From Phyllobates terribilis (taxonomy: Eukaryota), in NCBI RefSeq assembly GCF_046119375.1, contig NW_027362769.1:330584001-330648000 (forward strand): a DNA stretch of 64,000 nucleotides. Reading direction: 5' to 3'. Both the position numbers and the translations under genes were made by a program. Position 1 is the first letter of the stretch. Each line of letters begins with the position of its first letter. The notes under the pieces are model-generated. The model did not search any database. It was given only the letters and a program-made list of their open reading frames with translations, and had not been told where the DNA came from. Below, in pieces: positions 48,162 to 57,658 of the stretch.

Positions 48162-49491
48162 TGTGATGAACCTGTAGCCGCCATCTTGGTAATGATAAAT
48201 CATATCCAGGGATGGCCACACTTCAGCAGCCCCCACCCTTGGGACCTTCTGTTAAAACGTCAACTAGATAGTTTCCCCCCATCCAGGCTCCTGTAAGATA
48301 AGAAGCCTACTTAACACTTGAATGCTAGGAGCTTCAAAGACTTCGAGAGGAAACACAGCCAGCAGGGGGGGGTGCTTCGTCTATCTGTACCTGACCATTT
48401 GTCCCATAGGACTAGTTTCTTTGTCTGTCACAAGCATGGAGGCATAAGATATAGAAACATGAATAGTACACGCATGTTGCGTGGGATGGGCCAATAAAAA
48501 AATATCACGGCGTCCCGGAGCCATTGCGCACACAAGCCTCCGCGGTAGACGTTTGTACGTGCTCTGGAAGCCAAGATATAGCGCGGAGCCATTCCTGAGG
48601 ACCGTATGGTATCATAATTGATATCAAAAGGTCGGTTACGGCGGCCCGAATCCATGGGAACCCCTGGGGGTATCATGAGACCATCCCAGAAGAAGTTATT
48701 GGGTTCCATAGAATTTGGGCTTCTGATCGAAGTTAGACCTGAGGGTGGAGACTGAGCCAGCTGACCTCACCAGCAGTGGGCGGGACGGGGCAGGTAAGAT
48801 AGCAGGACAGACAAGAGACAAGTCAGTTTTTGACCCAAGAGTGGTGTGCTGAACATCTGAGCACCAGCTGAGGCCACCAAGGGGAGGAGCAGTTTGACCT
48901 TATACCTGTGTATATTTAGTTGTATATCGTGTATCTAGTGTATTATTATAATCAATTACCTCAAGTAATTGTGGGCCTGCCTTTTATTCTGCATAACGAA
49001 CGCACGTCCGTGTGAGCTCGGCTCAAGCCAAAACGCTACCCAGGGTTGGTTCCTGACCCGATATAGGCCCATTCACGGACTGGGCGTATATCTAAAATAG
49101 GGACTGGTGGCAGCATACCAACTGGGGATTGGGGAAGGCTGGTAGTGACGGTCGGAGGTTCAGATATATATATTCCTGGCGCGGCCAAGGAAGATATATA
49201 TACCGCCCTCACTACAGAGGGCCCCGATACCCAGTAGGTTACAGGACAGTCTCCCTGGCGACCGCTTATCCTAGGTGCAGTTCCTTGACTGACCTGAGGC
49301 TAAGAGGGCGCTAGCGAGTTGTGCTGTGTAGTGACGTTACGGTTTAGTGACGTTGAAGGGATAACACACTACCGTGTTCCCTGCGCTGGTTGCAGCTACC
49401 TGGCACTACTTTCTCTAGGTGCAGTACCTTGACTGACCTGAGAGGTAAGGGGGCGCCAGAGAGCTGCACCCACCGGCCGGCTTTCATCACA
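48162..49491 (+). repeat. 5' LTR
   Basis: Same length as the 3' LTR (offset 6513) with identical ORF-track entries; no differences seen by eye. Confidence 0.97.
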
Positions 49492-49492
49492 T

Positions 49493-49513
49493 TGGTGGCA
49501 GAGCGGTGGGATT
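49493..49513 (+). promoter_or_regulatory. Primer-binding site, tRNA-Leu-like
   Basis: TGGTGGCAGAGCGGTGGGATT one base after the LTR; compare the complement of the vertebrate tRNA-Leu(AAG/TAG) 3' end, TGGTGGCAGCGGTGGGATT (2-nt insertion here). Confidence 0.7.
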
Positions 49514-49675
49514 GCAGAATAATAGTGTTGTGGGACCCCTACTCCCAGGCACTAAAGACTGCCAGTGGTAACTTCCACTGCTGGAGTCTTAAGGTCAGCC
49601 CAACGTTAGACGGTCAGGCTAAAAGTATAACAAGGTGTGTGCAAACTCAGGGTTGCAGCGGTGTCGGTTACCAAG

Positions 49676-52600
49676 ATGGCAGACGGCACCAGGAGCAAGA
49701 CCCTGCAGGAGGCTAATGCTACGGTCCGTGTGGCAGGAGGGGAGGACATTGTTACTCATGGCGAGGAGGAGTCCAGCCCGGGCACCTCAGGGAGCCAGTC
49801 CCCAGTATACGGTCCCGCAGTGGGCTGCCCACCACCTACCCAGCCCAGCCTGTCCAGATCACAAGCCCTTTTACAAGCGGCTATGGCAAGTCTCCAGTCT
49901 CATGGCGATGCCGTCTACAAAACCCTCCTGGCAGCATCAGAGAAGGCAGCGGAGGAGGAGCGCGAAGCTGCAGAGCGCCGGGAGGCTGCGGAGCGTGAAG
50001 CTGCAGAGCGCCGGGAGGCTGCGGAGCGTGCAGAGCGAGCTGCGGAGCGCCAGCACCAACTGGACCTGGCCCAGCGGGGGCTTCCGCTAGAGCAACCAAC
50101 CCATCAGGAGACCAAGTCGTCCAAAGTCCGAGCTGAGGACTTCCCTCTACTGGAGAAGGATGGGGACCTGGACTCCTTTCTGGTGGCATTTGAACGGACC
50201 TGTCTTCAGCACCATCTGGCCCGGGATCAGTGGGCCAGATACCTGACCCCCCGTTTGAGGGGTAAGTCCCTGGATGCCTTGGGGGACTTACCTGCCGGGG
50301 AGGTACAGAACTACGACTGCATCAAGCGGGCCCTGATCCGGCAGTACAACCTCACTCCCGAGTCGTACCGCCAGAAGTTCCGGAGCCTGCTGCGTGGCCC
50401 CAAGGACACCTGGACCGATCATATGCGGGCGCTGTTGAGAGCCGCAGAGCACTGGACCTCGGGTCTAGCGCTTACTACCCGCCAGGAGGTCCAGGAACTG
50501 TTCGTCACGGAGCAGTTTTTGTGGAACTGCCCAGAGGACCTCCGACAGTTCCTCCGTGACCGAAAACCAACAGGGGCTTCTGCTACAGCCGCCCTGGCAG
50601 ACGAGTATGCCAATAACAGGGCGCCTGAGCTGAAGAAGTCTGCCAGCAGCACCTGGAGAGGGGGTAAGCCCAGTCATGCCCCTGTTTCCCCGGCCCCTAG
50701 AACACAAGGGGTGTATCCCCCTGTTGCCCTCTCCAGGCAAGGACCAGACGTAAGACGTTGTCATCTATGCAACAAACCAGGACACTTTAGGGCTGAGTGT
50801 CCCCAGCGCCAAAAGACCCCATCCCATTCCCAGAGAGCGCCCAATGTTTTGTGTGTGGGAGGGGGTGGTGGTAGGTCCCTGGACAACATCCAACCCGTCA
50901 CCATAGGCCGTTCTGCGGTCATGGGACTGCGGGACACGGGCGCTGAACGAACACTGGTACGGCCTGAGGTGGTGTCCCCCCAGGACTTGGTACCAGGAAA
51001 GACTCTTTCCGTCTCCGGGGTTGGAGGCGTGGAGCCGGCACTTCCCGTTGCCATGGTGTATTTGGACTGGGGTGCCGGAAGGGGGATGCGGGAGGTGGGA
51101 GTAACGCCAAATATTCCCGCAAATGTTTTATTAGGGACCGACTTGGGGCGTCTAGTATCGCAGTATGTACCCTCTGAACCCCCAAGTTCGGCCCCCCAAG
51201 AGTGTATTGATTTGTCTGCTGCTAATGCCAACCATGTTGTATGTAGTGTGTGTCCTGCTGAGGAGGAGGGAGTGAAACCTGAGGGTAACACCTGCACAGA
51301 CACAACACAAACAGGGTTAGTGAAAGCAGGTGGGGAGTGTGGGGATGCCCGCAGAGGTGCTCAGCCGGCGTGCCGTGACCTCTTGTCCTCCGGTGAGGGA
51401 GGGGGCGGGCAGGATTCTGTAGAGGGAAGCTCAGGGATGGAGAGGGGGGCAGCTACCGGCAGTGTAGGGCTCCCAGGGGTATCCAGGCTGCTGAGTATAG
51501 GCCCACTGCAGGGGGAGGAACAGGCCATGGGAGGTGGGGGTGTCCCAAGAGAGGAGCCGCCAGGTAAGACCCCAGGGCAGGAGTTCCCCACATCCGAGAT
51601 GTCCAAAGGCCTAGGAAGCCTGCCTGATCGGGCGGCTTGGTCAGAAACAGAGGGGAAGCAGGCACTACCCACGGTCACAGCGGTCATAGCCGCTGTCACC
51701 AGGAGTGGGAGCGCCGGAGCCCAAGGAGCCTTGCAGAGGTCCGACGGCTTCCCCACTTCTGACCAAGTGTCTGCCGGGTCAGACAGCGGCCAGGTGACAT
51801 GCCCGGAGGGGCTGACAGAGGATGTGGCAGTTTCGTCGATTCTGGCCACATCAAGTCAGGAATTTCAGGCTGCGTTGGAAGCAGACGACAGCCTGAAAGC
51901 TCTCAAGGAACAGGCGGCACAGCCTCCCATGGAGTCAGACTGCGAGCGTGTGGTCTGGGACCAGGGACGGCTGTACCGGGTAACGGTCCAGCAGGGTTCA
52001 CCGGAGGCGTGGCCCAGGGACCGACAGTTAGTGGTACCCTATCCGTTCAGGGCGGAATTGTTGCGGATCGCACACGAGATTCCGATGGCCGGACACCTAG
52101 GGATCGCTAAAACCAAGGCCAGGATAGCTCAGCATTTCTACTGGCCTGGGATGGGAGCCGCGGTGGGTGCCTACTGCCGTTCGTGTGACACCTGTCAGAG
52201 GGTGGGGAAGGCGGGGCCGCGCCCCAAAGCCCCACTGGTAACTCTGCCAATCATCGAAGAGCCTTTCTCGAGGGTCGCTGTGGATCTTATTGGACCTCTG
52301 TCCACTCCCAGCCACTCCGGGAAATGCTTCATACTCACGGTAGTGGACTATGCCACCCGGTACCCGGAAGCGGTAGCTTTGTCGTCCATTCGGGCCGACA
52401 AGGTGGCTACCGCCTTACTGGAGATCTTCTCCAGAGTGGGTTTCCCCCAAGAAATGCTCACCGACCGAGGGACCCAGTTCATGTCGCGGCTGATGGAGTC
52501 CCTCTGTAAGCAAATGCAGGTGCAACATCTGGTGGCCAGCCCGTATCACCCACAGACTAATGGCCTGTGTGAGCGGTTCAATGGCACCTTAAAGCAGATG

Positions 52601-54667
52601 CTTAAGATGTTGGTCGACTCCCACGGGAGAGACTGGGAGCGTTACCTCCCACACCTCCTATTTGCTTACCGGGAGGTTCCGCAGGCCTCAACGGGGTTCT
52701 CCCCCTTTGAGCTCCTGTACGGGCGACGGGTACGGGGCCCCCTGGCTCTGGTGAAGGAAGCATGGGAAGGGGATTTGGCCACCCCCGAGGTGTCGGTCAT
52801 CGAGTATGTCGTGCGCCACCGGGACAGGATGATGGCCTTGGCAAAGCTGGTGCAGGACAATATGGCCCAGGCCCAGGCCGACCAGAAGCGGTGGTACGAC
52901 CAGAATGCTTGTGAGAGGACCTACCAGGTGGGTCAAAAGGTGTGGGTACTGGTCCCCGTACCACAGAACAAGCTTCAGGCAGCCTGGGAAGGTCCCTACT
53001 TCGTGCACCAGAAACTCAATGCCGTCACCTATCTGGTCACCCTGGATCACGCCCGTGGAAGGAGGAAGGCCTTCCACGTGAACATGATGAAGGCTCATCA
53101 TGAGCGGGAAGCGACTGCCCACCCAGTGTGCAACCTTCCCGAGGAAGGAGAGGTAGAAACCCTCCTGGATCTGCTCACCCAAGCCAAGGCGGGTGGGTCC
53201 ATCGAGGATGTGGGGGTTGGCCACCAGCTCACGGAGGACCAACGGTCCCAGCTGGGGACCACCCTGCACCCCTTCCGGGGGCTGTTCAGCAGCCTGCCCG
53301 GAAGGACTGAGATGGCTGTCCACGACGTGGACACTGGCGATCACCCGCCGATCCGGCGTTCAGCATATCGGGTCTCTTTCGAGGTGCAGGGAAACATGCG
53401 CCAAGAGATAGACGAGATGCTGAAGCTGGGGGTGATCCAGGCATCCAGCAGCGCGTGGGCCTCGCCTGTAGTCCTCGTACCAAAGAAGGACCGAACTACA
53501 CGGTTCTGCGTGGACTACCGGGGGCTCAACGCTGTAACGGCCACCGATGCGTTCCCCATACCACGCATCGATGACCTGCTCGATCGGATGGCCGGGGCTA
53601 AGTACCTGACCATCATGGATCTGAGCCGGGGGTACTGGCAGATTCCTCTGACCCCCGCGGCAAGGGAACGCTCTGCCTTTATCACCCCTTTTGGACTGTA
53701 CGAGTCCACAGTGATGCCATTCGGCATGAAGAATGCCCCTGCCACTTTTCAGCGGATGGTCAATACGCTGCTTGAGGGACTTGAAGGGTACGCGGCTGCG
53801 TACTTGGACGAAATTGCAGTCTTCAGTCCCACTTGGGAGGATCACCTAGAGCACCTGCGGCAGGTGCTCGGTCGGATCCACCGGGCAGGCTTGACCATCA
53901 AGCCGGAAAAGTGCCAGCTGGGCATGAGTGAGGTCCTCTACCTGGGTCACCGGGTAGGCGGGGGGGTTCTGAAGCCAGAACCGGGGAAAGTGGATGCCAT
54001 CGCATCCTGGCCCACTCCTAGGACCAAAAAGCAGGTGATGTCCTTCTTGGGGACCGCCGGGTACTATAGGAGGTTCGTCCCACACTATAGCACCCTGGCC
54101 AAGCCCCTGACGGACCTCACCAAGAAGAAGCTGCCCGTCGCAGTCGACTGGACAGTCGCCTGCGAGACAGCTTTCGGGGCACTCAAGGCCGCCCTAAGTA
54201 GCTCCCCTGTACTGCAAGCTGCCGACTTCGACCGGCCGTTTGTGGTACAGACCGACGCCAGTGACTTTGGCCTCGGTGCTGTGCTAAGTCAGGTCAACAC
54301 GACAGGCCAGGAACATCCTGTCTTGTACCTGAGCAGGAAGCTACTGCCCCGGGAGGTGGCTTACTCCACGGTGGAAAAAGAATGCCTGGCAATTGTATGG
54401 GCCCTGCAGCGTCTGCAGCCCTACTTGTACGGGAGCCATTTCACCGTGGAGACGGACCACAACCCCCTCAGCTGGTTACACACGGTCTCTGGGTCGAATG
54501 GCAGGTTGCTACGCTGGAGCCTCGCTCTCCAGCAGTACCACTTCTCCATTCGCCACAGAAGAGGCCGTGACCACGGTAACGCTGACGGGTTATCCCGGCA
54601 AGGGGAGGGTGCAGAAGGACGCACGGGGGAACACAGGAATGTGCTACCCCCTCGCGCCCTCGTATAG
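49676..54667 (+). CDS. Gmr1-type Gag-Pol polyprotein, 1663 aa from the ATG at 49676
   Basis: Coiled-coil EAAERR repeats; SCAN-like EQFLWNCPEDLRQFL; knuckle CHLCNKPGHFRAEC; protease LRDTGA; integrase HEIPMAGHLG..CDTC, DLIG/TDRG/ERFN, GPY; RT RFCVDYR, MPFG, YLDE; RNase H TDAS, EKE, TDH. Confidence 0.95.
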   Translation: MADGTRSKTLQEANATVRVAGGEDIVTHGEEESSPGTSGSQSPVYGPAVGCPPPTQPSLSRSQALLQAAMASLQSHGDAVYKTLLAASEKAAEEEREAAERREAAEREAAERREAAERAERAAERQHQLDLAQRGLPLEQPTHQETKSSKVRAEDFPLLEKDGDLDSFLVAFERTCLQHHLARDQWARYLTPRLRGKSLDALGDLPAGEVQNYDCIKRALIRQYNLTPESYRQKFRSLLRGPKDTWTDHMRALLRAAEHWTSGLALTTRQEVQELFVTEQFLWNCPEDLRQFLRDRKPTGASATAALADEYANNRAPELKKSASSTWRGGKPSHAPVSPAPRTQGVYPPVALSRQGPDVRRCHLCNKPGHFRAECPQRQKTPSHSQRAPNVLCVGGGGGRSLDNIQPVTIGRSAVMGLRDTGAERTLVRPEVVSPQDLVPGKTLSVSGVGGVEPALPVAMVYLDWGAGRGMREVGVTPNIPANVLLGTDLGRLVSQYVPSEPPSSAPQECIDLSAANANHVVCSVCPAEEEGVKPEGNTCTDTTQTGLVKAGGECGDARRGAQPACRDLLSSGEGGGGQDSVEGSSGMERGAATGSVGLPGVSRLLSIGPLQGEEQAMGGGGVPREEPPGKTPGQEFPTSEMSKGLGSLPDRAAWSETEGKQALPTVTAVIAAVTRSGSAGAQGALQRSDGFPTSDQVSAGSDSGQVTCPEGLTEDVAVSSILATSSQEFQAALEADDSLKALKEQAAQPPMESDCERVVWDQGRLYRVTVQQGSPEAWPRDRQLVVPYPFRAELLRIAHEIPMAGHLGIAKTKARIAQHFYWPGMGAAVGAYCRSCDTCQRVGKAGPRPKAPLVTLPIIEEPFSRVAVDLIGPLSTPSHSGKCFILTVVDYATRYPEAVALSSIRADKVATALLEIFSRVGFPQEMLTDRGTQFMSRLMESLCKQMQVQHLVASPYHPQTNGLCERFNGTLKQMLKMLVDSHGRDWERYLPHLLFAYREVPQASTGFSPFELLYGRRVRGPLALVKEAWEGDLATPEVSVIEYVVRHRDRMMALAKLVQDNMAQAQADQKRWYDQNACERTYQVGQKVWVLVPVPQNKLQAAWEGPYFVHQKLNAVTYLVTLDHARGRRKAFHVNMMKAHHEREATAHPVCNLPEEGEVETLLDLLTQAKAGGSIEDVGVGHQLTEDQRSQLGTTLHPFRGLFSSLPGRTEMAVHDVDTGDHPPIRRSAYRVSFEVQGNMRQEIDEMLKLGVIQASSSAWASPVVLVPKKDRTTRFCVDYRGLNAVTATDAFPIPRIDDLLDRMAGAKYLTIMDLSRGYWQIPLTPAARERSAFITPFGLYESTVMPFGMKNAPATFQRMVNTLLEGLEGYAAAYLDEIAVFSPTWEDHLEHLRQVLGRIHRAGLTIKPEKCQLGMSEVLYLGHRVGGGVLKPEPGKVDAIASWPTPRTKKQVMSFLGTAGYYRRFVPHYSTLAKPLTDLTKKKLPVAVDWTVACETAFGALKAALSSSPVLQAADFDRPFVVQTDASDFGLGAVLSQVNTTGQEHPVLYLSRKLLPREVAYSTVEKECLAIVWALQRLQPYLYGSHFTVETDHNPLSWLHTVSGSNGRLLRWSLALQQYHFSIRHRRGRDHGNADGLSRQGEGAEGRTGEHRNVLPPRALV

Positions 54668-54674
54668 GGGGAGG
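54666..54674 (+). promoter_or_regulatory. Polypurine tract
   Basis: AGGGGGAGG immediately before the 3' LTR TG. Confidence 0.85.
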
Positions 54675-56004
54675 TGTGATGAACCTGTAGCCGCCATCTT
54701 GGTAATGATAAATCATATCCAGGGATGGCCACACTTCAGCAGCCCCCACCCTTGGGACCTTCTGTTAAAACGTCAACTAGATAGTTTCCCCCCATCCAGG
54801 CTCCTGTAAGATAAGAAGCCTACTTAACACTTGAATGCTAGGAGCTTCAAAGACTTCGAGAGGAAACACAGCCAGCAGGGGGGGGTGCTTCGTCTATCTG
54901 TACCTGACCATTTGTCCCATAGGACTAGTTTCTTTGTCTGTCACAAGCATGGAGGCATAAGATATAGAAACATGAATAGTACACGCATGTTGCGTGGGAT
55001 GGGCCAATAAAAAAATATCACGGCGTCCCGGAGCCATTGCGCACACAAGCCTCCGCGGTAGACGTTTGTACGTGCTCTGGAAGCCAAGATATAGCGCGGA
55101 GCCATTCCTGAGGACCGTATGGTATCATAATTGATATCAAAAGGTCGGTTACGGCGGCCCGAATCCATGGGAACCCCTGGGGGTATCATGAGACCATCCC
55201 AGAAGAAGTTATTGGGTTCCATAGAATTTGGGCTTCTGATCGAAGTTAGACCTGAGGGTGGAGACTGAGCCAGCTGACCTCACCAGCAGTGGGCGGGACG
55301 GGGCAGGTAAGATAGCAGGACAGACAAGAGACAAGTCAGTTTTTGACCCAAGAGTGGTGTGCTGAACATCTGAGCACCAGCTGAGGCCACCAAGGGGAGG
55401 AGCAGTTTGACCTTATACCTGTGTATATTTAGTTGTATATCGTGTATCTAGTGTATTATTATAATCAATTACCTCAAGTAATTGTGGGCCTGCCTTTTAT
55501 TCTGCATAACGAACGCACGTCCGTGTGAGCTCGGCTCAAGCCAAAACGCTACCCAGGGTTGGTTCCTGACCCGATATAGGCCCATTCACGGACTGGGCGT
55601 ATATCTAAAATAGGGACTGGTGGCAGCATACCAACTGGGGATTGGGGAAGGCTGGTAGTGACGGTCGGAGGTTCAGATATATATATTCCTGGCGCGGCCA
55701 AGGAAGATATATATACCGCCCTCACTACAGAGGGCCCCGATACCCAGTAGGTTACAGGACAGTCTCCCTGGCGACCGCTTATCCTAGGTGCAGTTCCTTG
55801 ACTGACCTGAGGCTAAGAGGGCGCTAGCGAGTTGTGCTGTGTAGTGACGTTACGGTTTAGTGACGTTGAAGGGATAACACACTACCGTGTTCCCTGCGCT
55901 GGTTGCAGCTACCTGGCACTACTTTCTCTAGGTGCAGTACCTTGACTGACCTGAGAGGTAAGGGGGCGCCAGAGAGCTGCACCCACCGGCCGGCTTTCAT
56001 CACA
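54675..56004 (+). repeat. 3' LTR
   Basis: Copy of 48162-49491. Confidence 0.97.
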
Positions 56005-56153
56005 GTGACCTTGTGGGTAACCACTGCCATCAGTGCAGTGAATCAGTGACCTTGTGGGTAACCACTGCCATCAGGGCAGTCAATCAGTGACCTTGTGGTT
56101 CACCACCGCCAAAGGGATAGTTTTTTTTTCCAGCAGTAATTAGTGGTTGGCAT

Positions 56154-56354
56154 TAGTGATGAGCGAGCATGCTCGTTACTCGAGATTTACAAACATGCTC
56201 GGGTGTTTTCCGAGTATCTTCAGCGTGCTCAAATGTTATGTTTGAGTCATTCCATGCACATGATTTGCGACTGTTTGACAGCTTTAATACATGTGAGGAA
56301 TGCCTGTTTCTTAGGCATGCGAAAGTGTTAACAGAACACGCTTGCTCCTCACTA
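56154..56354. mobile_element. hAT-type MITE
   Basis: TAGTGATGAGCGAGCA ... TTGCTCCTCACTA; perfect 8-bp TSD GTTGGCAT. Confidence 0.88.
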
Positions 56355-56409
56355 GTTGGCATCCTCCTTTAAAACCGTATCATACTGCCTCCAAAAGCTG
56401 AGGCTTTAA

Positions 56410-57658
56410 AGGGTTGTCGGAGATACATTTTTTTCCCTGATTGGTGACTGGCTGCAGAGGTCACGTGTGCTGTAGTTGTGACATTTCCTGAGACTGGAGC
56501 AGTGGCCGAGAGGCAGCTCTGGACTTGGGGAAGGGGAGTATAGGGGAGGCAGCGCTGGACATGGGGAAGGGGAGTATAGGGGAGGCAGCCCTGGACCTGG
56601 GGAAGGGGAGTATAGGGAGGCAGTGCTGGGGAAGGGATGTATAGGGGAGGCAGTGCTGGAACTGGGAGTATAGGGAGGCAGCGCTGGACCTGGGGAAGGG
56701 GAGTATACCCTTTACACCCAGTAAGGTTAACCGGAATCCCAGGAGGACTACAAGTCCCTGGCAAACCTGAAGCTAGACGCATACAGGACCAGGAACCATG
56801 AAGGCCCCGACGTCCAGGGAAAGTGGTTACCAACCGGAGATCCTACTTCAGAGCAACAGGTGGAGCAAAAAAAAAGCAAGACACATAAGCTAGGCACAGT
56901 TGCAGGCTGGCCAGGAGCTTACACAAAGGCAGACACGGATCAGGAGACCTTATACCCACTCCCTGGGGAGAAGTCCAAAAGTGCGCCCTTCACCTAGAGT
57001 ACTCTGGATCGTATCTACCAGCTGTACCAGTAAAGGTAACAAAGCAAAACCCCCTGTCTCTGTCCGTTACTCCTGCTGCGTTCTCTACCTGCACAACAAC
57101 GCCCAGCGCACCCACCATCTATCTATCTACACTGCCCTGAGGCCCGCTCCACCTGTGGGGAGCTGTACCATCTTTAGCTGCCTTGTCACCTGCCTCAGAG
57201 GACTGCTGCAGCGCTGGTGACCTTCACCAGGCACCACAGGTGGCGTCACAAATTTCTCTGAACTTTATTAGTAATCGCTACCCCTTTTGTGCACTTTCCG
57301 CCCTGGGCCAGCCACCGTGACATATATATACTGTCCCCAAACAGTAAGGCCCCCGGGGGCGCGACATATGGTAGGCAGCGCGTGACCTGGGGAAGGGAAG
57401 TATAGGGGGGCAGCGCTGGACCTGGGGAAGGGGAATATAGGGGAGGCAGCGCATAGGGGAGGCAGCACTGGACCTGGGGAAGGGGAGTATAGGGGAGGAA
57501 GCACTGGACCTGGGGAAGGGAAGTATATGCGAGGCATCTCTGGGGAAGGGGAGTATAGGAGGGCAGCACTGGACCTGGGGAAGGCGAGTATAAGGAAGGT
57601 TTTTTATCTTCTACAGATGTAACTTTACAAGGGAAAAAAATGCTCCCAGACAACCCCT
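56410..57658. mobile_element. T2/Kolobok-type MITE with G-rich ~36-bp repeats, interrupted by LTR-like fragments
   Basis: TTAA|AGGGTTGTCGG ... CCAGACAACCCCT|TCAA. GGACCTGGGGAAGGGGAGTATAGGGGAGGCAGC repeats at 56510-56705 and 57380-57595; LTR-like ends GGCGTCACA (~57250) and CCGTGACA (~57321). Confidence 0.65.

Larger units (their letters stand above)
48162..56004 (+). mobile_element. Full-length Gmr1-type Ty3/Gypsy LTR retrotransposon (7843 bp)
   Basis: Two 1330-bp LTRs with TGTGATGAA..TTCATCACA ends; 5-bp TSD GTGAC; PBS; PPT; single gag-pol ORF with PR-INT-RT-RH order. Confidence 0.97.
47516..56368. mobile_element. T2/Kolobok-type MITE host, split by the LTR element and an hAT MITE
   Basis: TTAA|AGGGG.. 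at 47512-47520 and ..TCCT|TTAA at 56365-56372; its internal 41-bp minisatellite continues on both sides of the LTR element. Confidence 0.55.

Noticed and set aside
49881-54809. Many overlapping short ORFs within the retrotransposon
   Set aside because: Expected by chance in GC-rich pol sequence; none shows env or other domain features.
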